Positions 1-9,449 of a DNA stretch of 64,000 nucleotides are shown here, piece after piece (position 1 is the stretch's first letter; each line of letters begins with the position of its first letter). A program made the translations under genes and the position numbers. Source of the stretch: an uncultured Gammaproteobacteria bacterium (GTDB taxonomy: Bacteria > Patescibacteriota > Patescibacteriia > UBA9934); NCBI GenBank assembly GCA_964599455.1, contig CAZREA010000004.1, positions 1,628 through 65,627 on the forward strand, in the 5' to 3' direction. The notes under the pieces were generated by a model. That model had not been told where the DNA came from. It ran no database searches and worked only from the letters and a program-made list of their open reading frames with translations.

Positions 1-387
1 GTTATCATTGCCCTTGTCATTATTTTTATCGGTCAGATGATTCTTGCACGATTACAAGGGAAGTATCGCGAGACTTTACTGCTGCTTCGTGACGGCGTCA
101 TCATCTTTTCCTTGCTCTTCTTGCTGACACCTGCATTGTATGCACTGATTATTGCTCTTTTTGCTCCATCTTTTCTCATCATCTTTCGTTCGCAAAAGAT
201 TGTGCAATATGTCATTGCCTTATTGACGCTTGCGGTCACGCTGCAGCTGTTCTTTGCATCAATCACCTCGATTGTGTTGCGTGTCACAAGTATGGGAAGC
301 GCATTGCGTATTGCTTTGGCAATGGCGGTGGTGAGCTCCATTGTCTGTAAATATGCATTTCTTCCCTCTTCCCAAGAACGCGTATGA
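1..387 (+). CDS. hydrophobic membrane protein, 5' end outside window (frame open from nt 1; track ORF 37..387)
   Basis: Continuous hydrophobic ORF, stop at 385-387. Confidence 0.4.
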   Translation, partial: VIIALVIIFIGQMILARLQGKYRETLLLLRDGVIIFSLLFLLTPALYALIIALFAPSFLIIFRSQKIVQYVIALLTLAVTLQLFFASITSIVLRVTSMGSALRIALAMAVVSSIVCKYAFLPSSQERV

Positions 388-1643
388 GAATCGTTGCTGA
401 CTTGCATGTCCATTCTCGTTACTCGCGCGCATGTTCTCAGCTGCTCACCCTTGAAAATAATGCTTTGTGGTGCGCGAAGAAAGGCGTTAATGTGCTTGGC
501 ACCGGAGATTTTACGCATCCAAAATGGTTTGCTGATATTGAAGAACAATTGATTGAAGCCGAGCCGGGATTGTATCATTTGCGTTCCGGTAATCATGCGG
601 ATGTACGCTTCATGATCACCTCAGAAGTTTCGCAGATTTATAAACGCGGCGACAAAGCACGACGCATTCATAATCTCATTTTTGCTCCCTCGATTGAAAC
701 CGCACGACGCATCAACGCATGGCTCACCGATGCGGGATACAATTTGAAATCTGATGGTCGTCCTATTCTTGGATTAGATGCGGAAGAACTTTATAAGCGA
801 TTGAAAGATATTGATGAGCGTATTGTGTTGTGTCCGGCGCATGTATGGACACCATGGTTTGCACTTTTTGGTTCGAAGTCAGGTTTCAATTCCATTGAAG
901 AATGTTTTGGTGAGATGTCGTCAGAAGTCTTTGCACTCGAAACGGGGCTCTCGAGCGATCCACTAATGAATCGTTCATGGTCGCATCTTGATCGCTGTGC
1001 ACTGTTATCAAATTCTGACGCACATAGTCCGCAAAACTTTGGTCGTGAGGCAAATGTGTTTGAGATTGATCAAATGAGATTGTCTTTTGATGAAATCATG
1101 CGCGTTATCCGTGAGAAGGATGAAAAAAACTTTTTATATACGATTGAATTCTTCCCTGAAGAAGGAAAATATCACCTGGATGGCCATGCAGCGTGCGGTT
1201 TTTCCTGTTTGCCCGAAGAGACAAAAAGACTCGGTGGCGCTTGTCCAAAATGCGGTGCACGAATAACGGTTGGCGTACTTTCTCGTGTTGCTGAACTTGC
1301 TAATAAAGAGCACAAAAAAGAAGTTATGCAGGGACACGTGCCGTTTCGTTCCATCGTTCCATTACCTGAAGTGATCGCGAATGTTCTTGGTGTGAAAGCT
1401 GCATCAAAGAAAGTACAGGCAACGTATGAACAGATGATTGCGCAAGGCGGGAATGAATTTCATCTTTTACTTGACGCGTCACTTGCTGACATCACTGCAC
1501 TTGCAGGACATGATGTTGCGACGGCAATTGCACGTATGCGCGAAGGAAATATTTCCGTCACACCCGGATATGATGGCGTGTATGGTGTTGTGCAAATATT
1601 TTCTGCTGCAACACGACCATCTTTGCAACAAATATTGTTGTAA
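384..1643 (+). CDS. PHP-domain metal-dependent phosphoesterase with C-terminal CxxC zinc ribbon (EndoQ-like)
   Basis: N-term 'IVADLHVHSRYS' PHP His cluster; 'CPKCG' ribbon; ~420 aa. Confidence 0.6.
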   Translation: MRIVADLHVHSRYSRACSQLLTLENNALWCAKKGVNVLGTGDFTHPKWFADIEEQLIEAEPGLYHLRSGNHADVRFMITSEVSQIYKRGDKARRIHNLIFAPSIETARRINAWLTDAGYNLKSDGRPILGLDAEELYKRLKDIDERIVLCPAHVWTPWFALFGSKSGFNSIEECFGEMSSEVFALETGLSSDPLMNRSWSHLDRCALLSNSDAHSPQNFGREANVFEIDQMRLSFDEIMRVIREKDEKNFLYTIEFFPEEGKYHLDGHAACGFSCLPEETKRLGGACPKCGARITVGVLSRVAELANKEHKKEVMQGHVPFRSIVPLPEVIANVLGVKAASKKVQATYEQMIAQGGNEFHLLLDASLADITALAGHDVATAIARMREGNISVTPGYDGVYGVVQIFSAATRPSLQQILL

Positions 1644-1752
1644 AAAGAAAAGTTATTCACAGATGTTGCATGTAAAAATGTTTATCCACACGTTTTTCAT
1701 TTATACTACTAAGTAGTCGCGAGCCTTATCGCGAGTTAATTCAAACTTTTAT

Positions 1753-1857
1753 ATGGCAATGGCCAAAAAGAAAGCAGCAAAGCGCCCAGCAAAAAAGGCT
1801 GCAAAGAAAGCTGCACCACGCCGCAAGGTTGCTCGCAAAGCAGCAAAGCGCCGATAA
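1753..1857 (+). CDS. 34-aa Lys/Ala-rich basic peptide (MAMAKKKAAKRPAKKAAKKAAPRRKVARKAAKRR), below track size cutoff
   Basis: ATG-initiated ORF in a 230-nt gap, followed by a hairpin and T-run; AKKA repeats like HU/H1-type basic tails. Confidence 0.3.
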   Translation: MAMAKKKAAKRPAKKAAKKAAPRRKVARKAAKRR

Positions 1858-1942
1858 GTGCAAAACAAAATCGCTTGATGAACGTGTGCTCTTTTGCACA
1901 AAGAAGGAGACGCTCATCGGCGATTTTTTATTTTATGAAATT

Positions 1943-2055
1943 CGCGTTTATTTGGGTCATTTTGGAGCCCTCATCGCTGCGGCCGACTCACCGTATGTTT
2001 AATACGGCTCGTCGGTCCTCGCTCTTCGGGTCCAAACTGCCTCCAAATAAACACG
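1943..2055. repeat. R1 hairpin repeat, copy A
   Basis: Core 'CTCATCGCTGCGGCCGACTCACCGTA..TACGGCTCGTCGGTCCTCGCTCTTCGG' between terminal inverted repeats CGCGTTTATTTGG/CCAAATAAACACG; near-identical to copy B. Confidence 0.7.
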
Positions 2056-2101
2056 AATCTTTCTTCCACTTTCCTCTTTTTCAAATCTCATCTCCTTCTA
2101 C

Positions 2102-3043
2102 TCAGAGAAGCATTGCAGTAAGAACACGTTTTGCATTTCGCGAGGCAATTGCTGTAAGTGTCTCCTCGCTGATATTACGATGACGAAGTTCTTGAAAAAG
2201 ATCGAGAATGCCCGCAACGGTATCAAGACCATCGATGGTTCCGCTGATGATGCCGCCGAGATCGGTTCCAAGATGAACGTGTTGAGGTCCCATGATGTCG
2301 AGCATGTGTTCGATGTGATTGGCAACGTCGCGTATGGTTGCTTTGCGATCGCTGCAGATGAAGCGATTGGCAAACATGATACCCACCGAACCATCGCGTT
2401 CGGCAATCGCTCGTAATTGGCGATCAGTGAGGTTTCGTGGCGAATCGCAAAGTGCTCGAGCATTGGCGTGACTCACGTAAATCGGACCGTCGGCTACTTC
2501 GGTGGCATTCCAAAATGTCGGTTCGTTCATGTGTGCGAAATCGATAACCATGCGACGCTCGCCAAGAAACGTCAGCACATCTTTTCCCAGTGGAGTTAAT
2601 CCTGCAGCATCATCTTTTGTCCCTCCGCCTAGTGCGTTGGTAAGATTCCAAACAATACCAACGGACCGTAGACCGAGGTCATACCAACGATTGAGACGTA
2701 TCCAATCTTCCTTTGTACCACTAAAGACATTCAAGCCTTCAATGTGGAGAAGAAGATTGTTGCGAGAGGCATCCAGAGTATCTTTTGTTGTTGCGATACT
2801 CCAATCTGGTGTGCAGTTGCAATGTGATCGATACGCGAGAAGATCATTTTCAATAAGCGTATTCACAGATGCATCGAACCACGCCTCGTTTTCGGGGATA
2901 GGAAAGGCGGTAGCGACAGTGCACGTAACATGTTGATCTTGTAACATGTCGTAATCGGTCTGTTGGTTTTGTTTATAGAAATCTCGATAGCGCAAGTGCG
3001 CGAGAAGATCCTGGTGGCAATCAATGAGAGGAAGGTTTTGCAT
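2102..3043 (-). CDS. membrane dipeptidase (peptidase family M19)
   Basis: 'IDCHQDL' N-terminal metal-binding motif and M19-like body. Confidence 0.7.
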   Translation of the reverse strand: MQNLPLIDCHQDLLAHLRYRDFYKQNQQTDYDMLQDQHVTCTVATAFPIPENEAWFDASVNTLIENDLLAYRSHCNCTPDWSIATTKDTLDASRNNLLLHIEGLNVFSGTKEDWIRLNRWYDLGLRSVGIVWNLTNALGGGTKDDAAGLTPLGKDVLTFLGERRMVIDFAHMNEPTFWNATEVADGPIYVSHANARALCDSPRNLTDRQLRAIAERDGSVGIMFANRFICSDRKATIRDVANHIEHMLDIMGPQHVHLGTDLGGIISGTIDGLDTVAGILDLFQELRHRNISEETLTAIASRNAKRVLTAMLL

Positions 3044-3081
3044 AAGAGGAAAGTGTGGGGCTAGCGAACCAGCCCCAGGAA

Positions 3082-4200
3082 TTACGTACGCAGTCGCGTC
3101 ATCAGGCGGACGGCGTTTTCGACGTCAGCGAGTGGTGCCTCGAGTGCCCACGGGTGGATGTGGATCGCTTCACCGCTCGAGATGAGGTCATACTGACTCA
3201 GGAATGAACCGTCTTTGATATCGTAGAACGGTTCAGGACAGGCAGCGATCGCTTCACGCAGTTGGTTGTTGGCTCTGTACCGCTCTTCGTTTGCCGCCCT
3301 GATGAGCACGGTCTTTTCATCCGCATTTGCTTCACGCATCTTTTTCGCCCACGAGTCGCGCATGAATTCGAGCGCCAGATAGCTTTCAATGAGTTCTTGC
3401 AGTGCCTGCTGGCGACTCTTGGTTACCGCGAAGCGCATTTCGGCAACTCGCACGACGTGATAAGTCATCGCCTCGGGGAGTTCGGGCATGACTTCACGCA
3501 AACCATTGTAGAGTTGGTGCAATTGCGGTTGAAGAGGAGCAATGTAGACGAACATATCAGGACCGGAGAGCGAGAATACTTCGCGTTCACCCATAATCAC
3601 AGCATCGATCACTCCATCCATGAGAATATTGAGGATATTGGGCATGAGCCAGCCGTTGGTGAGTGACGTGATGCCAAAGAATCCATGACGACTGAGTGAG
3701 CTCGCGTTCATGCGATCCTGCACCGTCTGTCCGCTTATCATAACGCGACGTTCGAAGAGCGCAGGGAAACGCTCGGCGAAGAAACGAGCGATACGCATGC
3801 TACGTTCGGAATGCTTTGGAAGAAAATCGGCATTCAGTCGTTCGGCGTTGAGACAGGGGATCGCGTAGCGAAGCGCCTGCATGTGATTTGCACTGATGAA
3901 TTCACCTTGACGCATATGCTCGGTCGGCTGTTCGACCTTCGCGTGCGTCATCAGTAGATCGGGGCTTCCGACGATCGTCTGCCTTCCACCTTGAATCACC
4001 GTATGCGGGTGAAAATTTTTGTCGCGTTCACCCCGTGTTTGATCGCAGATTTTCATGCGAATGCCGAGCGAGGCGATGGCGAGATTGTTTGGATACCAAT
4101 TGCCAACGTGCGGCGTTTTCATGACGCAACGGCCAGCACGTGAAAGTCCCACGAGTTGGTTGAGTGACAAATCGTTCCTGATATTGACGTGAAAGGGCAT
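3082..4200 (-). CDS. GCS2/YbdK-like carboxylate-amine ligase (start moved to internal Met with GGAGG SD)
   Basis: Weak similarity to the YbdK family; 'aaacGGAGGtcacATG' upstream of internal ATG. Confidence 0.45.
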   Translation of the reverse strand: MPFHVNIRNDLSLNQLVGLSRAGRCVMKTPHVGNWYPNNLAIASLGIRMKICDQTRGERDKNFHPHTVIQGGRQTIVGSPDLLMTHAKVEQPTEHMRQGEFISANHMQALRYAIPCLNAERLNADFLPKHSERSMRIARFFAERFPALFERRVMISGQTVQDRMNASSLSRHGFFGITSLTNGWLMPNILNILMDGVIDAVIMGEREVFSLSGPDMFVYIAPLQPQLHQLYNGLREVMPELPEAMTYHVVRVAEMRFAVTKSRQQALQELIESYLALEFMRDSWAKKMREANADEKTVLIRAANEERYRANNQLREAIAACPEPFYDIKDGSFLSQYDLISSGEAIHIHPWALEAPLADVENAVRLMTRLRT

Positions 4201-4273
4201 GTGACCTCCGTTTGCATGATGTGTCCGCCGCTCCGCGCGCGCGAAGCGGCGGAGTCGACGTGCAAGCGTCAAC

Positions 4274-4306
4274 AAAAAAAACCGCCGAAGTTCGCGGCGG
4301 TTTTTT
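4274..4306. terminator. bidirectional intrinsic terminator
   Basis: A-run, stem CCGCCGaagttcGCGGCGG, T-run. Confidence 0.6.
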
Positions 4307-4458
4307 GTCAGATGCTTGCTTTAGACAAGCGAAAAGATGACGGAACCACGCGAACGCAAAAGAGAGACATGCCAATAGCCATGCTGCGTTGCGTGAGTGG
4401 TTTGCGTCGAAAATGCGTTCATAGTTCTTTCCTTAGAATATCTTGTTCCAAACCTTTG

Positions 4459-5799
4459 TCAAGGAATGATCTCAACGGGCGTTCCGATTTCCGCCCAATT
4501 ATAGACTTTCTCAGCATCAAGTAAGCTAGTATTCACGCAGCCGTGACTCATACGATGACCAAAATTATTGTGCCAGTAGGCGGAGTGAATGTAGTAATGA
4601 TTGCGGAAGCGAAGATTCCATTTGACGTTGGGAAGGGAATAGTTATTGCGATTACCTGCACCGTAGTACCAGGAGTAGTCATGGACGGGAAGTTTCGCGA
4701 GTACGGCTGTTTTTCCGAGCGGCGTCGGAAACGAGTACGTTCCACTTGAAATGAGGAATGAAAAAGCAGGAATGCCGTACACATATGCTCTGAGCCGTTG
4801 CTCAGAAACATCAACACGAATATATTTCGCAGAAACATCAGCAAAAAGCGGTGTGACCGCATTGCCTGCCACGATAAGATTGCCATTGTTATCCGATCCA
4901 CTTGCAAGGGCAAGGAATGCATCACTCGCGGATGAAAAAGTTGTCATGGTGCCATTGGTCAAAGAGATGCTTGCTGTTGTAGAGAATGCTGGACTACCCG
5001 AAATACTCTCTTTTTGTTGCAAAATCATGGCGCGAGGCTGTGTTGCGGCGCTACTCAGTGTTGTTTCAGAAATCTTTTTTAAAGAGCCATCTTCAGTATC
5101 AAAGATAGTGCGAACCGGTACATCATAGGCAGCGGGAGCAGTGATAATCTCCAATTCTGCATCGGCATCCGCATTTCCCACATTCACCAGCAAACCGGTT
5201 ACTTTTTCTTTACTTCCTACAAAGTTTTCATCAATAATTTTTCCTGTTGCCGAAAAAACTTTCAAATGCGGACCACCTCCAGGGCCTGACCCGGTGATAA
5301 TTTCTGCTTTGCCATCGCCGGTTACATCACCACAGGCAATGTTCACGCCACCGGTAAAACCTGCGTCATAGGCAAAAAATCCCCCAATGGCCTCGCCCAT
5401 GCTGGTGAATATCCGAACATGTGGTCCGCCACCAAAACCGGCGCCCGTAACAATTTCTTGTTGTCCATCGCCATCAAGGTCGCAGGCGGCAACATAGACG
5501 CCTCCGGTAAAGGCTTCGGTATAGGCGGAAAAAGAACCAATCAGCGTGCCATCTTGGCGAAAAACGCCAACCGTGGGTTTTGATCCGTATCCAGCTCCGA
5601 CAAGAATTTCGGCAATGCCATCATCACCTAAATCGCCAAGAGCGACGGAACCAATGGTGATATCGGTAAAGGGCGTGAATGAACTAATAAGCGTACTATC
5701 GCGATAGAGTTTGACGGTGGCGTCTTGGGCAAAGGTGCTCTTGGGGAAAAGGATGCATCCAGCAAGAAGAAGGAAGGAGAGGAGGTGACGAGAGGACAT
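4459..5799 (-). CDS. secreted FG-GAP repeat protein with C-terminal L,D-transpeptidase (YkuD) domain
   Basis: Signal peptide; repeated 'GDxxGDGxxEI' FG-GAP units; catalytic 'SHGCVN' motif. Confidence 0.7.
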   Translation of the reverse strand: MSSRHLLSFLLLAGCILFPKSTFAQDATVKLYRDSTLISSFTPFTDITIGSVALGDLGDDGIAEILVGAGYGSKPTVGVFRQDGTLIGSFSAYTEAFTGGVYVAACDLDGDGQQEIVTGAGFGGGPHVRIFTSMGEAIGGFFAYDAGFTGGVNIACGDVTGDGKAEIITGSGPGGGPHLKVFSATGKIIDENFVGSKEKVTGLLVNVGNADADAELEIITAPAAYDVPVRTIFDTEDGSLKKISETTLSSAATQPRAMILQQKESISGSPAFSTTASISLTNGTMTTFSSASDAFLALASGSDNNGNLIVAGNAVTPLFADVSAKYIRVDVSEQRLRAYVYGIPAFSFLISSGTYSFPTPLGKTAVLAKLPVHDYSWYYGAGNRNNYSLPNVKWNLRFRNHYYIHSAYWHNNFGHRMSHGCVNTSLLDAEKVYNWAEIGTPVEIIP

Positions 5800-5844
5800 A
5801 GGGGAAATGTTTTCCCTAGTATATAGGATGTCATCTCATCATGG

Positions 5845-5877
5845 CGAAAAAAACAACAGCCGCCTGTGTGGCGGCTG
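5845..5877 (-). terminator. intrinsic terminator for 5899..6222
   Basis: CAGCCGCCtgtgtGGCGGCTG then T-run on minus strand. Confidence 0.5.
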
Positions 5878-5898
5878 AAGTGAGAGTATTTTTGAGGT

Positions 5899-6222
5899 CT
5901 ATACTTTGGTTTCTGAATCGCTACTATCTTCATCATCAGGACGGTTATCATGTTCTTTGGTAACTATCTCTCCTGAAGGAGTTCTTGTATGAAAAAGAAT
6001 AGCTGGACTTTGTTCATCGAGATCAGGATCGGGCTCGGTAGCAATATCCACATCCTCCTCTTTGAGATCTGGTATCCTTTCTTGTCTCCCACTTAAGAGG
6101 TCTAGGGTCTCGAGCTCCTTTGTAAGATTTTCTTCTCTTCCCTCACCTGTACTTGTATCATCCGCCCCATAGGGATTTCCTAAAGATTTACCCCATTCCC
6201 ATGTATTCTTTTCTTCACGCAT
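5899..6222 (-). CDS. acidic hypothetical protein (107 aa)
   Basis: ORF with its own downstream terminator; D/E-rich; lower GC than neighbours. Confidence 0.35.
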   Translation of the reverse strand: MREEKNTWEWGKSLGNPYGADDTSTGEGREENLTKELETLDLLSGRQERIPDLKEEDVDIATEPDPDLDEQSPAILFHTRTPSGEIVTKEHDNRPDDEDSSDSETKV

Positions 6223-6349
6223 ATAATGAAAGTATACTTGAGGTGATTGTTTTTGAAAAAGCCTATTTTGTGACTATTCTCCTGTGGTCGCTTGATGTAT
6301 TATAAAGTTTGCAAAAAATAATCGATAGGGTATAGTATTCGGGCTTTTC

Positions 6350-6425
6350 GGGCCCTTAGCTTAGTTGGTAGAGCGCCGCATTTGCAATGCGGAGGTCATC
6401 GGTTCAAATCCGATAGGGTCCACCA
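6350..6425 (+). tRNA. tRNA-Ala (anticodon UGC), CCA encoded
   Basis: Cloverleaf with G3:U70, anticodon loop tTGCa, T-arm GGTTCAAATCC, 3' CCA. Confidence 0.9.
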
Positions 6426-6426
6426 C

Positions 6427-6549
6427 AAAACCGTTTTATTTGGGCCATTTTGGACTCCTCATCGCTGCGGTCGACTCACCGTACGTCATTGTACGGCTCG
6501 TCGATCCTCGCTCTTCGGAACCAAACTGTCTCCAAATAAAACGGTTTTG
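6427..6549. repeat. R1 hairpin repeat, copy B, abutting tRNA-Ala 3' end
   Basis: Perfect 18-bp terminal inverted repeat CAAAACCGTTTTATTTGG/CCAAATAAAACGGTTTTG; core ~90% identical to copy A. Confidence 0.75.
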
Positions 6550-6597
6550 TTTTCAGTACTTTTCTATCCGTTCGCCGTTACGTATCATTGAGGAGAA

Positions 6598-6629
6598 TAA
6601 AAATCCGGCATTACTTGCCGGATTTTTTT
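6598..6629. terminator. bidirectional intrinsic terminator
   Basis: ATCCGGCAttacTTGCCGGAT flanked by A-run and T-run. Confidence 0.6.
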
Positions 6630-6904
6630 CTGTGCACTTCTCGAACAAAATCTTCAACAAGCTCACTTACAAGACTGGGAGAAGCTTCTCTTCCGAATTC
6701 TAGAACGGTATCTTCATCGACAAAGGGATCATGATCACCTAGACCAACTACGGGAACAGGCTCTAGGCTAAATGGAGGTATCGGGGTTTCTTGGGAGCCT
6801 TTGCTTGGAGCCTTTATTTTTTCTACTTTTACGCGGAGACCTTGAGGAGGTTCTGTATTTTCAGCATTCATAAAATAGGAAAAGATATTACTTTTGTTTA
6901 TCAC
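6611..6904 (-). CDS. hypothetical protein (97 aa)
   Basis: ORF only; its C-terminal codons overlap the terminator hairpin. Confidence 0.3.
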   Translation of the reverse strand: MINKSNIFSYFMNAENTEPPQGLRVKVEKIKAPSKGSQETPIPPFSLEPVPVVGLGDHDPFVDEDTVLEFGREASPSLVSELVEDFVREVHRKKSGK

Positions 6905-7621
6905 TTATTCAATCATCGAAAAATCAAGTGTTGATTTGATCATTTCCCATCCGGAACGCTGCTCTTCCCACATGCCAGGACCAAAATACAGTGCCGACAC
7001 ATGAGCATCGGTGACATACTGGATACTTTCAAATGGTCCCGAGGCGATGCCTTCGACGTATGCACCACTGATGGAGTAGAGGATACCCTTTCCCTTTTTC
7101 TCTGAGGTGATGACCAGATCTTGTATGCCCTCGTATTCTTTATAAAGATAGGCTTCGTACGAAATTGCGCCTCCAAGATCCAAAGAGGAGGTGCGGAAGG
7201 TCTGGATATTGATAGGGATATTTGTTTCTTCGCTGGGAGTATAGGTTATGAGTGGTCCTGGTCCTAGGTCCATGCGAAAAAGAAAAAGCGTATCTGCTTC
7301 GGGTTCGCCAATGATTTCGGTGCCCGATGCCGACCAGGTTGCAGGATAGGAAAAACCGGGGTGCAGAGCACTCGGTGCAACGGCAAGGGGAGCGGCATTT
7401 TCATTTTTCGCTATCGCTAATTGTGAGGCGCATGCGGCAGTCAGTTCATTCGCACGCTGTTGCACGGCAGTGGTCACTTCTTCGCCACAGATGTCGACAA
7501 TGGCATTCTTGGGTCCTTTGCTGATAATGTTCACGATGAGCGCAACGGCAATCAGTGAAAGAATGAGAATGGTAATAAGCAGGCCGACGATGAGTTGATG
7601 ATGTTTGAGATCTTTAGGCAT
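6905..7621 (-). CDS. membrane-anchored hypothetical protein (single N-terminal TM helix)
   Basis: N-terminal hydrophobic helix then soluble domain; start overlaps the small upstream ORF. Confidence 0.5.
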   Translation of the reverse strand: MPKDLKHHQLIVGLLITILILSLIAVALIVNIISKGPKNAIVDICGEEVTTAVQQRANELTAACASQLAIAKNENAAPLAVAPSALHPGFSYPATWSASGTEIIGEPEADTLFLFRMDLGPGPLITYTPSEETNIPINIQTFRTSSLDLGGAISYEAYLYKEYEGIQDLVITSEKKGKGILYSISGAYVEGIASGPFESIQYVTDAHVSALYFGPGMWEEQRSGWEMIKSTLDFSMIE

Positions 7622-7739
7622 AGAAGGACATTTTGATTAAATAGTAAACCGCAATGCCGAGAAGGCCAATATTCCACACCAACAGCATGATAATCCAGAA
7701 GTGCAATTTTGTATCTGAAGAAGGAGATTTTGCAGGCAT
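7614..7739 (-). CDS. 41-aa small membrane peptide (MPAKSPSSDTKLHFWIIMLLVWNIGLLGIAVYYLIKMSFYA), not in track
   Basis: Fills the gap between two minus-strand genes; stop overlaps the downstream start (ATGCCTAA). Confidence 0.3.
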   Translation of the reverse strand: MPAKSPSSDTKLHFWIIMLLVWNIGLLGIAVYYLIKMSFYA

Positions 7740-7744
7740 ACGAT

Positions 7745-8368
7745 TTACTCAAGACAAAGGAGTGGATTTGCTTCAAGTTGTGGCTGATTTGTATCGAGCA
7801 AACAGCTGTGTTCATCAAAAGAGATGAGCATGTTTTCAGGAATCTGATCATCTGTTAAAGAGGTTTCTTTTATCAGTGTGCCGTCGATAAGTCGATACAG
7901 AGCGACACGATTCTTATCAAGAATACCAACAATTTCTTGATTAGCCGAAAGAGAAATTTGTAAAGCATCAACGCTGAGTGTTGCGGCTTGCATTTGGCCA
8001 GTTGCAACATCAAACGGATAGATTTTTAAGAGCGTGAGATCGGTATCGAGAATCGCGCGAACATAGACGATACCTTGGTAGTTTTCTTGAGGAATCGCGA
8101 AAAGGCTAAAGTCGGTAATGTCATCGGTAAGCGAAGAAGAATAGAGGGTGCGGATGGTTTCTCCTTCTTCATTGACCTCAACGATCATGGCCTGGTTGCC
8201 GGAGATTTTGGTGTCTAACCGTGGAGGGGTGAGTGGTTCGGATGTGTCAGGCCTGGAGGGATTGGTAAGAAGCGTGTGAAATTCGAGCGTAAAAAAAGAA
8301 AAAAGCACGAGCACGATGGCAAACGCGCCGAGGATGAGTAGTCCCTCCATGACCCGATGGCTTTTCAT
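7745..8368 (-). CDS. membrane-anchored hypothetical protein (start moved to internal Met)
   Basis: TM helix then soluble domain; likely an operon with 6905..7621. Confidence 0.45.
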   Translation of the reverse strand: MKSHRVMEGLLILGAFAIVLVLFSFFTLEFHTLLTNPSRPDTSEPLTPPRLDTKISGNQAMIVEVNEEGETIRTLYSSSLTDDITDFSLFAIPQENYQGIVYVRAILDTDLTLLKIYPFDVATGQMQAATLSVDALQISLSANQEIVGILDKNRVALYRLIDGTLIKETSLTDDQIPENMLISFDEHSCLLDTNQPQLEANPLLCLE

Positions 8369-8397
8369 GTCGAAAATAAAAGATTTCTTCGAGTTTC

Positions 8398-9390
8398 TTA
8401 ATTGCGCATGCGTACCTCTCTCACCGAAATTGCTTTGCAAGCTTTAGCGCTTGGCCATGAGCGCAGTATACCAGTTTTCGCACCTACGTGTTGCACAACA
8501 CTGGCGGCGTTGAGTGTGGCAATTTGCATGGCGGTGATTACGTCATCACTCTTCATGACTCCAGCCACAAATCCTGATCCAAAGGCATCACCTGCACCCG
8601 TTTGCGAAATCGAAGCAACGTCGAGTGCACGCACAAAAAAGAGTTTTTTGTCATGCCACGCACATGCTCCTTGCGGCCCATCGGTGACCACGACATATGA
8701 TGGTCCGTCGGCAAGTGCAAGACAGAGTTCCGACGCATCTTTACTTGCTTTGGCGCTGAGCATTTGCGCCTCTTCTTTGTTGACCAGCAAGATATCGACG
8801 TCACGGAGTATCCGTCGGAGCGATGCTGCTTTTTTCAGTTCTCCCGCGCCAGGATTGCAGGCGATAGAGATTTTCTTTTTTTTGCAAAAATCGATGATTT
8901 TTTCGAGCAGTTCTACATTTCCGCCGAGTGAAGTGATATAGACCCAGTCGCCTGCTAGAGCCTTTGTAGGGATATCGGTTGAGCTAAACGCGACTGAGAC
9001 GCCGCGAAACACCAGAATCGTCCGCTCGCCATCGCTCGTCGTAAGAATAGTGCTGTAGCTTGTTTGGCCTTTTTTGTCGACACGAATGTTTGCGCAATTG
9101 ACGCCTGCTCTTTTAAGCTCGGTAACAATGTCTCGCCCCGGTTCGTCATTGCCGATTTTGGTGATGATGGAAGGAGAAAATCCTAATTGCGCAAAGGTGA
9201 CCGCAGCATTTGTAGCTCCACCGCCGGTTGAAAACACGCATGATTCCACATCGATTTTTGCCCCAAGTGTCATGCACTCAGCTTTGCCGCCGATAAATTG
9301 TGATGAACGAATAACTTGAAATGCCGGTGAGGCAAGAAACACATCGCGTGTGGCGGCACCGATAGTGGTGATGGAGGGAAGGGGGGGCAT
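8398..9390 (-). CDS. PfkB-family carbohydrate kinase (alternative start at 9462)
   Basis: 'GAGDAF' ribokinase-family motif; N-term 'ITTIGAATRD'. Confidence 0.7.
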   Translation of the reverse strand: MPPLPSITTIGAATRDVFLASPAFQVIRSSQFIGGKAECMTLGAKIDVESCVFSTGGGATNAAVTFAQLGFSPSIITKIGNDEPGRDIVTELKRAGVNCANIRVDKKGQTSYSTILTTSDGERTILVFRGVSVAFSSTDIPTKALAGDWVYITSLGGNVELLEKIIDFCKKKKISIACNPGAGELKKAASLRRILRDVDILLVNKEEAQMLSAKASKDASELCLALADGPSYVVVTDGPQGACAWHDKKLFFVRALDVASISQTGAGDAFGSGFVAGVMKSDDVITAMQIATLNAASVVQHVGAKTGILRSWPSAKACKAISVREVRMRN

Positions 9391-9449
9391 AGGAGGGGAG
9401 AAAGGGGAGAGAGGAAGGTGAATATGGAACGAAGAGTAGTGAAGCTTTT

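Noticed and set aside
1875-6703. Track ORFs 1875..2183 and 6365..6703 with near-identical peptides
   Set aside because: They are translations of the R1 repeat. The second starts inside tRNA-Ala. Their similarity reflects the repeat, not a protein family.
9391-9440. Purine-rich (GA) tracts at 9391-9440 and 63207-63300 as possible regulatory or repeat elements
   Set aside because: They are pyrimidine-rich leaders or N-terminal codons on the coding strand of the PfkB kinase and DHH genes. Only two dissimilar instances exist, apart from one short CTCCCTCCT..AGGAGGGAG palindrome. The evidence for function is insufficient.
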